Positions 20,818-34,200 of a stretch of 43,820 nucleotides of DNA are shown here, in pieces. Source of the stretch: Chrysochromulina tobinii (lineage: Eukaryota); contig JWZX01002527.1 in the NCBI GenBank assembly GCA_001275005.1, forward strand, positions 1 through 43,820, read 5' to 3'. The first letter of the stretch is position 1. Each line of letters begins with the position of its first letter. The position numbers and the translations under genes were made by a program. The notes below the pieces were generated by a model that did not search any database, was not told the origin of the DNA, and was given only the letters and a program-made list of their open reading frames with translations.

Positions 20818-22017
20818 CTAAGCATCGGGCCATTGGCGTGCCGCGGAGCGCGTTGTGCACGTACTCGAAGCCGTCCTGGAGCTCACTGTTGCCCTGCTCG
20901 CACCGGCGCGCGTCACTCCAGCTGGCTGGCGCGCTCGTCGGCCAGGTAGTGCATCGGCGGCATGCGTCCCGCCGCCACTCGGGTCGCTGCTAGCCGTCGA
21001 GCTGCGTCGAATGCCGAGTGATCGAGCGACGTTCGGAGCTGCCTGTGGGAATGCATCTATTCGTGGATGCGCAGGCGTGCCGCTTCCCACAGGCGTGCCG
21101 CTTCCCACAGGCGTGCTGCTTCCCACAGGCTTGCCGCTTCCCACGGGCGTACTGCTTCCCACAGGCGTGCTGCTTCCCGCGGCGTGCTGCGGACACGGAC
21201 GCGTCGAGCAGCGCGAGAATCGTCGCCACTCCAGCGACAGCACGTTGAACGAGTTGGGCGACCACACACGAAAAAGGAGTGGCTTCGCGCGGGGAGGCGG
21301 CCCGAGCGCGCGCAACGGTGGCGCTGCGGTCGCCGTACACCCCGGCTGCTCGGCTTGGCGAGCTTCGGCGTCGCCCGACCGTCGTAGCCGATGCAGCACC
21401 TCTGACAAGCCGACGTGTTGCTTAATGAAGGCATTCGTGTAGCAGCAGCTCACGCCAGTCGCCGCAGCCAGCTCCTCGTTGAGCACAGCCTGATCCCACG
21501 CCGCATAGCTGCGATTGGCTACGCGTTCGGCGACCCCCAGGACATCGGCACGACCTCGTAACCAGATCAGACCGATGTTGAGCAACTCGGTGTCTCGCAT
21601 CGCAGCTACAGCGGCGCCTGTGGCCTCCAGCGACGGCACAGGGTTGATCAGGAAGTGACGATCGGCATCAATGAAAAGGGCATCACGGCGCTCGCGAAGA
21701 ACTACGACCATCGCTTGTGTCTTGAGAATGTGTGTCTGGCGGTAGCCCGATCGGTCCGTTCGATTCGGCGTGCACCATTCGCGTGGCGGAAGCCATGCTG
21801 CCACCGCAGGCGGCAACGGCAGCTCCTCGAGGGGCGATCTTGATCGTCCTTGCAGATTTTGGGGGAGAGCAATGAGAGTGCACGGAATGCCCACAGCCTG
21901 AGCACTCTGGGCAAGCTCGTGCGCCGCATCAAGGTACGGCTTCGAAGTCGCCACTGTCACCACGATTGTGTTGCGATACGCGCAGCGATCGAACGCCGCG
22001 ATGGATGCGACAGCCAT
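20818..22017 (-). CDS. Nucleotide-diphospho-sugar transferase-like glycosyltransferase (GT-A fold)
   Basis: DALFIDAD (DxD), LNIGLIWLR, WDQAVLNEEL motifs; low-complexity C-terminus. Confidence 0.7.
   Translation of the reverse strand: MAVASIAAFDRCAYRNTIVVTVATSKPYLDAAHELAQSAQAVGIPCTLIALPQNLQGRSRSPLEELPLPPAVAAWLPPREWCTPNRTDRSGYRQTHILKTQAMVVVLRERRDALFIDADRHFLINPVPSLEATGAAVAAMRDTELLNIGLIWLRGRADVLGVAERVANRSYAAWDQAVLNEELAAATGVSCCYTNAFIKQHVGLSEVLHRLRRSGDAEARQAEQPGCTATAAPPLRALGPPPRAKPLLFRVWSPNSFNVLSLEWRRFSRCSTRPCPQHAAGSSTPVGSSTPVGSGKPVGSSTPVGSGTPVGSGTPAHPRIDAFPQAAPNVARSLGIRRSSTASSDPSGGGTHAADALPGRRARQPAGVTRAGASRATVSSRTASSTCTTRSAARQWPDA
21071..21178 (-). repeat. 18-nt coding tandem repeat (GSxTPV) x~6
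   Basis: CCCACAGGCGTG(C/T)CGCTT-type units on the + strand. Confidence 0.9.
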
Positions 22018-22215
22018 CCGCGTCGTGAAGCGCTCGTGTGAGTCGCGGAACAGCGTTCAACGCAGGCGGCATGCAGGAGCTTCCAAAAGGTTCCTCCTCT
22101 TCGAGACGTTCCGTGTCGAAATACTAGGAATTCCTTATGCTAGGCGTTTTCGATTGAATTCCTAATTGTTATCGTCATCACGACCGGCGGGTTGCCCGTA
22201 CCGGCCGCACCCGCA

Positions 22216-22896
22216 ATGCCGCTTGACGACGACATCCACGCGCGCTACGAAACGCTCGTGAATCTGCGCGAGACGCAGCCCGAGCGTGCCGCTGCTGCGG
22301 CAACTTCTGCCTTACAAAAGTCTCGGAAATCGAGTGAGGCGCTCATCGCTGCTCTCCGGGCTGAGATCGATGCTTACAAGGAGAACAAGCAGCTAGGCTG
22401 CACAGCATCGATGCCGTCCGATGAGCTCACGGCAGCGCGCGCTGAAAGTGCTGATCTGCGCCGGCAGCTCGCTGATGCTCGCGCAAAGCTGGCTGCAACG
22501 TCGCAGAGTGGTGTGGCTGCCGCTGTCGCCCCATCCTCTCAGCCCCTCGAGGCGCGCCTCGCGTTCTACGAGATGGCCACAGGGATGCGCGTCGAAATGG
22601 ATGGCGACGTCGCGCGTTGCGTCGTCTCCATCGAGCCGGCTAGCGAGGACGCTGAAGACGAGGTGGTCATCAGGGGCGCGAAACCGAAGCGGAACACGGT
22701 CGCCTTCGACCTCAGCCTCGCCCCCGCTGAGGGCGAGGAGGGCGAGGTGGAGTACATTCCAACCGACCTGTCCGAGTGTTCGGCGCCCCTGCCCGAGTAC
22801 CTGCGAGACTCGCTCACCTTTGAGCGCTCGCAGATGCCCGCATTCCTGCAGAAGCTTCTCTCGGGCCTCGCCAACGAGAAGTCAGCCGACCCGTAG
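22216..22896 (+). CDS. Csm1/Pcs1 (monopolin)-like kinetochore protein: coiled coil + RWD-like C-terminus
   Basis: YETLVNLRETQPE N-terminus, coiled coil, FYEMATG, VEYIP..LPEYLRDSLTF...FLQKL resemble the Csm1/plant TITAN9 pattern. Confidence 0.65.
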   Translation: MPLDDDIHARYETLVNLRETQPERAAAAATSALQKSRKSSEALIAALRAEIDAYKENKQLGCTASMPSDELTAARAESADLRRQLADARAKLAATSQSGVAAAVAPSSQPLEARLAFYEMATGMRVEMDGDVARCVVSIEPASEDAEDEVVIRGAKPKRNTVAFDLSLAPAEGEEGEVEYIPTDLSECSAPLPEYLRDSLTFERSQMPAFLQKLLSGLANEKSADP

Positions 22897-23438
22897 TTTG
22901 GTGTGGTGGAGGTGGCGATGCGGCGATCGGGGATGTCGGGTGGGGGTTTCGGGTCCGGTAGGGTTTCGGGTCCATCCCGGGCGGCGGGTCCCGTCCTGGG
23001 CGACTCGAGAAGACACGTGCAGACAGGTGCCGAGTGTCTTCGTGTGCGCGCTGTCATCGTAGATCGTTCCCGCGGGATCTCCCGCAATCTGACGACTCCG
23101 GAAAGGCAGAGTATTAGGGCGTGATGAGATAGACTTGCCCAGTGCCCCCAGTCCGGGTTGAGCACAGGCACATTAAGCTCAACCCGGACTTTTGCTCAAC
23201 CCTGACTTAGCAAATCTGCGGCTGACTTAGCAAAAGGCGGAAATAACCCGTAAACCAAATACCACGCCAATAAGAATAACGAAAACCGGCCGGACAGCGA
23301 GGGCGCGGGCCGTCGCGCGGCGGCGGCGACAGACTCCATCACACGCGATAGTCAGAGTGTGGCTCGCTGTGCCTCTTGATACCTCTTGGGGCAACACTTT
23401 CGCTGCGCACACCTCCACTGGAGGCCATCCCTCGCTCC

Positions 23439-23489
23439 GCTCATTAGATGTCATCAGAGCTCATTAGATGTCATCAGAGCTCATTAGAG
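23439..23489. repeat. 20-nt tandem repeat (CTCATTAGATGTCATCAGAG) x2.5
   Basis: Directly visible, just 3' of the MFS gene. Confidence 0.85.
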
Positions 23490-23542
23490 GCCATCCGGTC
23501 GCTCAGCGCTCTGGCTCTGACGTCTGCCTCTGCTCTCAGCAT

Positions 23543-24179
23543 TCAATCCCTCTTGGAGTGCTTCCATGGGCTTCGGAGCGCGCAGAAGATGGTGCTGGCC
23601 ACTTGCAGAGCCGCCACCATCTCGATCGCCGTGGGCACACCGTATGCGCCCGCGACGGCGCCAGCGCCCGCCGCGCCGAGCAGTGCGCCGCCGTCCTGCA
23701 CCATCTGACGCAGCGCGAGAGCACGCGCACGCTCAGAGGGCTCCGCGTGGTCGAGGATGAGGGGCGATGTGTTCGGCATCGCAAGAGCCTGGCAGAAGCC
23801 ACTCGACCCAACGAGGAGAGCGTAGACTAGTGCGGAGCTCGCGAGTGGCTGGGCGGCAAAGAAGGCCGTGCCGCCGAGGAGGGCGGGAAGCATCACACTC
23901 TTGCGGTCGGTGACGCGATCGGAGAGGCGTGAGGCAGGCACGGAGGCGAGGACCATCACTAGGACGTTCGCTGTGAGCATGGTGCCGATGGCGGCGGAAG
24001 ACATGCCCACGGTCTCGACTGCATACAGCACCATCGTGATGGGCATCGCCCCCTGGCCCACGCCGTTGGTCAAGATCGTTGCAAACAGCCCCTGCAGCGC
24101 CGGCCGCGCCAGCAGTCGCTGCACGGAGACCTCCTCCGTGGCCGAGGCGACGGCGTCCGGCACGGCGATCGCCGCCTCG

Positions 24180-24244
<65 letters not shown>

Positions 24245-25249
24245 GGTCGCTGCGGCGCGCACCGCTCGAACAGACGCCTCGTCCAGCGTCTCAGGGAGCA
24301 GGAGCGCGCCGGTGACCGACGAGGCAGCTAGCCCAGCCGCACACGCGACAAACGGCCAGCTCAGCCCCGTGTACTGGCATAGCACGCCACCGACAGCGGG
24401 GCCGATGGCGAAGCCTATGAGGGCGGACTGGAGCAGAGGCGCCGTCGTTTGCGCGCGATTGCGCGGCATCGAGATATCGGCGAGGTAGTTGCTCGCGCCC
24501 GCCATCGCCGAGGCCATGCCCGCACCGATGGCAATGTTGGACAACACCAGGTGCTCAAAGGACGAAGCACACGCAAGGCCGAGCATCCCGATGCCCGAGA
24601 CGGCAGGGCCCGCGATGAGCAGCGGCCGACGGCCCAGCCGCTCCGCGAGTAGCGCCGCCGGCACGTTGCACACCATGCGCGCGAGAGAAGTCGACGCAGA
24701 AACGAGCCCGAGGTCAGCCGTTGAGAGGCTCAGGCTACGCGCGAGCTGCGGCAGCACCGGGAATTGGATGCCCTGCGCAACAAAGGTCAAGATAAGCGTC
24801 GCGTAGATTGGGCGCACACGCGCGTCAACCGCCGGCGTCGCCGCTAACTTGAACTCGTCCCAGCTGACGCGGCCGTCCCCGTCGCCATCAAGAGCCTCGA
24901 CAACATGCCTCGCAGCAGCCTTCGTATCCTCTGCGCAGCAACAGCGACCGGTGCTCAAAAGGTGGTTGTGCGCCTCGTCGATGTCTATGATGCCGTCGCG
25001 ATTGGCGTCAAACTCGTCAAAGCGCACTCTCAAATCCGTCTCCTCGAGATACTTCAGCTCGTCGAGGAGGTTGGCGGTGACAGCGCTGATCTGCGTCGGA
25101 ACGGCAGGGCCAGTCTGCAACTGCCGTTCGACGTGCAGTTGCCGGGCGGCCATGGAGCGCATGGGTATGCGCATGGCCATGAGGCAGGTGCTCTCAGCAT
25201 TCCGCGCGCCCACCAAGGCGCGCCGCATCACTTGCGATTGCCTGCACAT
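23543..25249 (-). CDS. MFS transporter (DHA1-like) with an N-terminal EF-hand pair and a polyQ central loop
   Basis: EF loops DANRDGIIDIDE and DGDGDGRVSWDE; MFS motif A LAERLGRRPLL; IGPAVGG; ~12 hydrophobic segments. The start codon is uncertain. Confidence 0.85.
24182..24241 (-). repeat. Perfect (CAG)20 coding microsatellite (polyQ)
   Basis: Directly visible. Confidence 0.95.
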
Positions 25250-25301
25250 CCACCATGTTGAGCCATGTTCGTGCGGAAGTCGACCAAAAAGGGAGTCTCG
25301 G

Positions 25302-25390
25302 TATGCTCGTCAAGTCAAGTCAAGTCAAGTCAAGTCAAGTCATATAGACTTGACTTATGCTCGTCAAGTCAAGTCAAGTCAAGACAAGTC
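25302..25390. repeat. (CAAGT)n array with an internal inversion (GACTTGACTT) and duplicated TATGCTCG flank
   Basis: TATGCTCG at 25302-25309 and 25356-25363; hairpin AAGTCAAGTC-ATATA-GACTTGACTT. Confidence 0.85.
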
Positions 25391-25612
25391 GCGTGCAAGG
25401 ACACTATCAAGCTAGGCCCTCTCTCTCCCTACTACGAAAGCGAACGAGCGCGCCGGTGCCCCTCTCAGGCTCGCGACTCGGGTGAGGGGCTTTGGCGTCC
25501 GGGGCATACACAAACCTTAAAGCCGCACACCGCAAGGGCTCTTCGCAGGGCTCTTCGAGCTCCACACGTTGTGACGTTGACCACTCCTTCAAGGCCTTGC
25601 TTGTCTGCTGGA

Positions 25613-26363
25613 TTAGAGCTCCTCCTTGCCCTTGAGCTCCTTGAGCTTGTTAAGCAGGCCGACGCGCTTCGAGAGCCAAACCGACTGTGTGCTCGACATC
25701 TTCTGGCTGGCCATGCCACCGAGTCGCTTGATCTCCGCGCCGAGAGCCTCCGCCGTCATCTCGACCTTGCTCTTGATGTACGTCTCCTCCTTCTCGCTGC
25801 AGCCCGCGTATGTCTTCACGTCGCACTTGTTCGCCGGCACCTTCTTGCCCTGGATCTTAAGAATCTCCATCGTGAAAACGAGCACGTCACCGCCGCCGAT
25901 GTTGGGCGGCGAGCCGCGCTCACCATAGCCGAGCTCGGACGGGATGTACATCTCCCACTTGTCGCCCTCGACCATCAGCTGCATGGCCCTGCGGATGGTG
26001 GGAGGCAAGCCCGTCAGCGCAGGGACAATCCGGGTCATTTCAGTCGCCGCTTCTGTACTCGGTCCAACCCTTGATGACCTGGTTGGGCGCAAACGAGGTC
26101 GGCGAACCGCGCTTGTACGAAGAGTCGAACGTCTCGCCGCTAGGCCACTTCTGTGCGATCCGGCCCTCGTAGTGGCACTCGCACGAAGAGTCGGGCGTAG
26201 GGTGCGAGTCGCCGTCGCCGCTGCGCAGAACCTTGTACTGAAGACCGCTCGGCAACGTGATGACGCCCTCCCTGCTCTTGTTCTCCTCGAGGAACTTTGT
26301 GCCAACCTCGTTCGAGGCCGCCACAAGGCCGACCAGCGTTGCGACGAGAAGCGTCGACCGCAT
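25613..26363 (-). CDS. ER-lumenal FKBP-type peptidyl-prolyl isomerase (Mip-like) with a C-terminal helical extension and KEEL; exons 26363-26059 and 25988-25613
   Basis: Signal peptide MRSTLLVATLVGLVAA; LPSGLQYKVL, FDSSYKRG, VIKGWTE|AMQLM, YIPSELGYG; GT-AG intron 25989-26058. Confidence 0.9.
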
Positions 26364-26520
26364 CTGATGACGTGTCGTTCAGCGCTCGCATATTCATTCA
26401 GGTCTTGCAAGCTGCGTGTGTGAATGGTACAGTGAACCGGGTTCCAGGCGATTCGCCGCAGAGTCGTTTGGGCTGTATTTGGTTCTTTTGTCTTCAAGTT
26501 CGCCACGCTGCAAACGGCAC

Positions 26521-28691
26521 ATGCCTATGGTGGTCAAGGGCAAGCAGCTCGGCAGCGGCTCGTTTGGAACCGTATACCTAGCCACACACAGCACGTCGGG
26601 CGAGCAGGTGGTGCTCAAGGAAGTCAACCTGCGCGGTTTGAATGCCAAGGATGTCAAAAGCTCGATGGCGGAGGTCGAGGTGCTGAAGCGGCTCAAACAT
26701 CCCAACGTGATCGCTTACGTCGATAGCTACAAGGAGACTGGGCAGCTGTGCATCGTGATGGAGTACGCGTCTGGAGGTGACCTTGGCAGCCTTATTCGGA
26801 AAAAGGCCAAGGAGAAGGCACGGCTGCCGGAGCCGCAAGTGCTCAAGATCTTGGCGCAGCTGATGAGCGCACTGGCTTACTGTCACAGCGAGATGCACCT
26901 GCTGCACCGCGACATCAAGCCGGAGAACATCTTTCTGACCGCGGGTGGGGATGTCAAACTTGGCGACTTCGGGATCAGCCGCATCATGACGTCGACCAAC
27001 GCGCTGGCGAGCACGCAGTGTGGCACGCCGCTGTTCATGTCTCCCGAGCTCGCCGCGGGCAAGCCGTACGACAGCGGCGCGGACGTGTGGGCACTCGGAT
27101 GCGTCCTCTATTCGATGATGGCGCTCCGTGCTCCGTGGGAAGACCAGTTGCGAAACAAGGCCGGCATGATGGAGCTGCTGAGGCTGATCACATCCTCCAC
27201 GCTTGACCTGAGTAGCGTGCGTGGGATCTACTCGGCCGAGCTGTGCAACCTGCTCGCCTCGCTGCTCGCCAAGCCCGCCTCCAACCGCCCATCCTCCAAA
27301 CTGCTCCTCAGCTCGGCCCTGCTCAAACGCGTCGATGCGCGTCCCGCAGGGCCACCCCCCACTTTAAGGGAGCGCTTCGAAGTGCAAGCCGGTGCTGGGA
27401 CGAGAACGCCCACAGCCGCCGCGGCGGCGGCGGCACGAGTGCCCACAGCCGCCGCGGCGCCGGCGCCGCCGCGTCCTTCGGCGGCAGTGGCTGAGGCGCA
27501 GGCGCGGCATGCGGCGGCGGCGGCGGCGGCGATGCGACCTACAACGGCGATGCGACCTACAACGGCGGCGGCGGCGGCGGCGCCTCACGAGTTGGCACCC
27601 GCGATGCGCCCAGGAGCGGCGCTGCCGCCGAGCTTGCGCCCCACGCCGGCCGCGCTACCGGCGCCACCTCGAGCCGCACCCGCCGCCGCCGCTCCTTTGG
27701 TGGTACCTGTGGTGGTTGCACCGGCCACTAGGGGCGCTGGAGTTGTGCAAGAGCTGCGTGCGGCCGTTGGAGACGCCCGAAAGGACGCTCCACAGGGTGG
27801 CAGCGGCGCCGGCGCAGCAGGAGGAGCTGGTGGCGGCGGCGCTTTGGCGGTCGCCGTAACGAAGCCCGATGTGGTCGCGTACGGCGCGGATGCGCACGTG
27901 ATGGCCGCGGCTGTGCAGCGTTCGTACCGAAGGCGGCACGGGCTCGGCGGCGGGGGGGGCGCGCCGGCTGGACGGTCTCCAGGCAAGAGGCTGCCGCAGC
28001 CATCGCCGCTGCCTAGCCCGGCGGTGGAAGGGCTCACAGGCCACGCAGCCGCGGCGATGGCGAAGATCAATGCGAATCTCGACGAGATACGGCGCGCGCG
28101 CGAGGCGGGCCAGGCGGCGAAGGCGGCGGCGGCGGCGGCGCCGCCCGTCACGCCGCCCGAGCCACTGCCGCCGCAGAAGCGCGCCCCTAGGTTGCCTAGC
28201 CAGCCCGCTGAGCCGATGCCAATGCGTCCTCCTGAGCTCGCTTCCCCCGGCGTGGGTCAGGGGGCAAGGCTCGGTCTCGACGCTCTTCGCGCCGGCGGCC
28301 TCGGACCAGTTCCGTCGCCTGCTGCGGCATGGGCGGGGGTCTCGCCGGTCGATGCGCAAGCCGTGCTACGGTCGCCCGTGCTCTCACCCGATTTGCAGGT
28401 GAGTGCCGCTCGTGTTGTAAGCGATTGCCTTCGGATTGCCTTCGGATTGCCTTCGGATTGCCTTCGGATTGCCTTCGGAATGCCCTCGATGGGCCTCACT
28501 GACTCAGGATGCCCCCGCCCCTTACTCAGCGCAAGAAGTCGGCTCTCGAGGCAGAGCGGAGGCAGCTGGCGGAGGCACGGGCGGCCGAGGAGGAGGCGAT
28601 GCGCCGACGCCGCGAGGACGACGACGCGCGCGACGCTACACGGGCCGCGGAGCGGGCTGCCAAGAAGGAGGCGCTACGCAAAGGCCATTGA
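26521..28691 (+). CDS. NIMA-related (NEK) Ser/Thr kinase with an Ala/Pro-rich tail; exons 26521-28398 and 28530-28691 (or to 28797 if one A at ~28680 is extra)
   Basis: GSGSFG, VVLKEV, HPNVIAY, LCIVMEYASGGDL, LHRDIKPENIFL, DFGISR, GTPLFMSPE; GT-AG intron 28399-28529. Confidence 0.9.
28423..28488. repeat. Intronic 11-nt tandem repeat GATTGCCTTCG x5 plus one degenerate copy
   Basis: Directly visible inside the NEK intron. Confidence 0.95.
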
Positions 28692-28844
28692 TGCACATCT
28701 CGCAGCCGGGGCGGGGCCGCTTAAGGGGAGGCTCTTTCCGTGGCTATCCGTGGCAAGCTTAGCTGCTTGCTTGCTTGCTTTCCGTGGACCCATGTAGACC
28801 GTTTTAAGTTCTCACCAAAATTTTCGGGGGGGTCGGGTTGATGA

Positions 28845-30635
<1,791 letters not shown>

Positions 30636-31255
30636 AGACGCTGGGTTTTGGCCGCCGCAGGGAGCGTCCCCGCGGTGGCGCAGTCGGTGAGAGAGATTCG
30701 GTAGTAAGATATGATGGGCGGCGGTGAAACGCTCGCGGGTGTCCAGGATTGTAGCGCCGATCGTGGGCACGTTCAGATGGCCAGGGGCCAGGTTTCGATG
30801 ATAGTATCGCATACCCGTTGGAAAAAAAGAAACGTTACGGAAGTCGCAATCGACGGAAATTTCCAAACATCCCGTGCACGGTCGACGCGGGTCCGGTGGG
30901 ATCCGCGCGGAGGCGGTGTCGTGGAACCGCCGCGCGCCGGCACGCCGGCTCGGCAAGACGCCAGAGCCACGTACGCTCGGTATGAGAACCTACCGCGGCG
31001 GTCATCGCTCCAACCTCGCCGCGCCGGACGTGAATGTCGCGATGACGGCCGATGCGTCGCCATCGTGGTGATCATGGTGGTGATCCGCGCATCCGCCCCG
31101 GGCGTCCGCGCCGCGCGGCGCCGCCGCCACCTCCCGCGCCGCCCCCGTGCCGCTCCCGCTGCCGCGCGCGGGCCGGGCTAAGAGCCTAAGACGCCTGACG
31201 CCCGGAGGGTCTTTAACTTCGAAATAATTATATAAGGCTTCCTTCGACTCGATAA

Positions 31256-34200
31256 TTATATAAGGCTTCCTTCGACTCGAAATAGTTTCGTCATAAGAAG
31301 CTGTTCGGGGCTTTCCGTTCCAGCCGACGGCACTAAAGCCGCCGCCGCCGCAAGCTCTCGATCGTCACATCCAGGCGTGTAGCCCTTCGTAATGTAGAGC
31401 TCGCGCGCGGCGACGTTGTCGATGTCAACGTGCAGCACGGCAGCGCGCATGTCGGAGCGTGCGGCGACAATTTCGAGCTCGTCCACCAGCCGCCCGCCAA
31501 TGCCCCGACGCCGTGCAGCCGGTGCGACGCAAACGTTCGTGATGTAGCCACAAACTCCTCCCCCCTCGCACGGCAGGCTGGCGAGGTCGGCGGCTCCCCA
31601 CAGAGTTCCATCGGCATCAACAGCGACGATGACTGCAGCTTTATGAGCGAGAGCATCGGCGTACAAGCGTGACTGCAAGTATTGTGATCCGATGGTCACC
31701 AGATGGGGAGAGAAGATGAGCGTTCGCAGGCGGCCCACAGCCTCAACGTCGGATGCTTGCACCGCGCGGTAGATTAGCGTGTGGGCAGTACCTAAGCCTC
31801 CGCCACCGCCCACGTTGCCCTCACTGCCTGTTCGGGGGGGAGGCCATGGGGCCTGCCTCGTCCGAGCCACGTCCGATGGCATGGTACCTGCCGCTGGCGG
31901 CGCTGGCGGCGCTGGCGGCGCTGGCTCCTGGCTAGTCGCTTGCGGCGAGCAGCGCGCGAGCGCGCGCCGGCAGTGGTGCAGCACGAAGCCATACTCAAGA
32001 GCGCGGTCTGCACGGCGTGCATCCGGGTTGGCCGGCCGGAAGTGACCTCCTCCCATGTCTGTGCGCACAAACGCCTGCTGTGCTTCAATCGGGGCGCCGT
32101 TCGTCCTAATATAGTGCGCAAACTTTAAGGCCTCGCTGAAGCCCGTTCGCGCATCGTTGAACGCAGGGAGTAACAGGCATGGCGGGTAGACCTCGCCTGG
32201 CACCACGTTGTGCACCGGTGAAAAGCCGAGGACGGATAGGTGCCCAGTCCGCTCATTTGGGTTGCCAAACTCCTCCCACTCGTTGGCGGTTAACGGCAGC
32301 GAGGCGTCCTGCAGCTTGCCTGCGGCATCGAGGAACGGTACCGACGCTAAGACGGCACAGTAAGCGCTTGGATTGAGGTTGAGGCAGGCCCCCACGAGCA
32401 GGCCGCCCGCTGAGCGCCCCTCGAGCGCCACGCCCCCCCGGGCAGCGAGCCCAGCATCGCAGAGTGCAGTGGCGCATGCTTCGAGGTCGCTGAAGGAGAT
32501 GGCCTTTGTCTCGCGGCGCGCGGCGGCGTGCCAGCCACGCCCCATCTCGCCACCACCACGCACGTGCGCGATCGCCGCGACGATACCAGTAGAGGCAAGC
32601 GCGAGTCGCTCCGCGTCCCACCCCGGATCGGTGCAAGTGCCGTATGCGCCGTAGCCAAACAGGAGAGCAGCACGCGTCTCTGGCGCGGCGCCCTTGGTGG
32701 CGGCGGGTATCTTGGCTAGCACTGAAATCGGCACGCGTACACCGTCTGGTGCCACCGCCCAAAGCCGACCACACGCGAACTTGGAGCGGTCAAAGCCTCT
32801 TGGCAGTGGCGTCTGGTGAAGGAGGCGCAGCGTGAGGTCCTGTGAATGGAATCCTGCTGAACGAGAGTCGAAGCCAGCGGCGTCTGCGTCGCTGGTCGTG
32901 CCGCGGTCGTGTGAGCGGAGTCGGAGGGAGCACTCGAAGACGCGCGGTGGGTCGATGGGCGTCGAGATCTCCAAACGAGGCGCGTCGGATCTGTAGCGCT
33001 GCTCATCCGGTGCGCTCAGCTGCAACGACCACTGGCCCGCAGACTGCAACCCGAGCGTTGCTGCCGCCACCCGGGCCGATCGCGCCGCTTCGTCGGCGTT
33101 GCTCAGCAGCTCGTGTGTCCAGCGTTCAAGCTCGTACCCACCGAGACGGCGCCATGCGCTCGACACGGCGCTTGGTGACACGTCACCATTCCACAGGAGC
33201 AGCTCGGCCGCGCCATCACGTCGGCACTCGAGCGCCACGAAGGATTTGAAGCACTGCAGCCCAAGCAGGCTCGTCTCGCCGAACGCGCCGTCATGGGCAT
33301 CGGAGGCCGCCGCGCCCTGGAGCGTGCCCTCTGTTTCGATCGTCACGGGCTGCCACGTTGATCGTCCACTCATCTGATCTCCGCTCTGATCTCCGCTGAT
33401 CTCCGATGATCGACCACTCATCTCCACGCTGGCGGCCAGTGTGTACAGTGTGTTCTCGCTCGTGTCGATTACGACATAGCATCCGTCACGTGTTGGTGTA
33501 CCCGGCGCACCGTCACGTGTTGGTGTACCCGACGCATCCGCCCAGTACGGCGCATCCGCCCAGAACTCCGCCTCATATGACGAACCCGGCCTTCGCTCGC
33601 CGAGGCATCGCCAGCCTAGGGACAGTCGGCCGGCGGTGCTGCCCACGTCGACGGTACCACTGGCCTCCAGAGTGCCAGGCGCTTCGGCAATGCGAACCGC
33701 CCACGTCTCCGAGCTATCTCGCGACCGGAGATCGACGCCAGGCGCTTCGGCGATGCGAACCGCCCACGTCTCCGAGCTATCTCGCGACCGGAGATCGACG
33801 AGGAGGCGCGAGCCGTCAGCGGAGCGTCGGAACGCGAGCCGGTAGCGCGAGTCCCTCTCCTCGAACACCAGTGTGCTGGACGCATCGGTTCGCACGCTGT
33901 CGGTGCGCAGGTCGAGTCGATGGAGCTGGTAGGGGCGCCCCGTGGGGATTGGGGACGCGCTGTGGTGAGCGCTTGCTTGCAAGGCAGGTCATCAGTGGCA
34001 ATCAACGTACCTGGTAGGGGCGCCCCGTCGAATCCATCGTCGCATAGAAGAGGGACGTCGCGGCGGCGCCCACTGAGTAGCCCCAGCGCACGTCCACGTC
34101 GACGCCGTGAACGGAATGGAAGGGAGACATGGCGGCAGGTAGGATGCCATCGTCTCGGAGGCGCGCGATCATAAGCGAGAAGCTCTCCTCGCCGCTTGTA

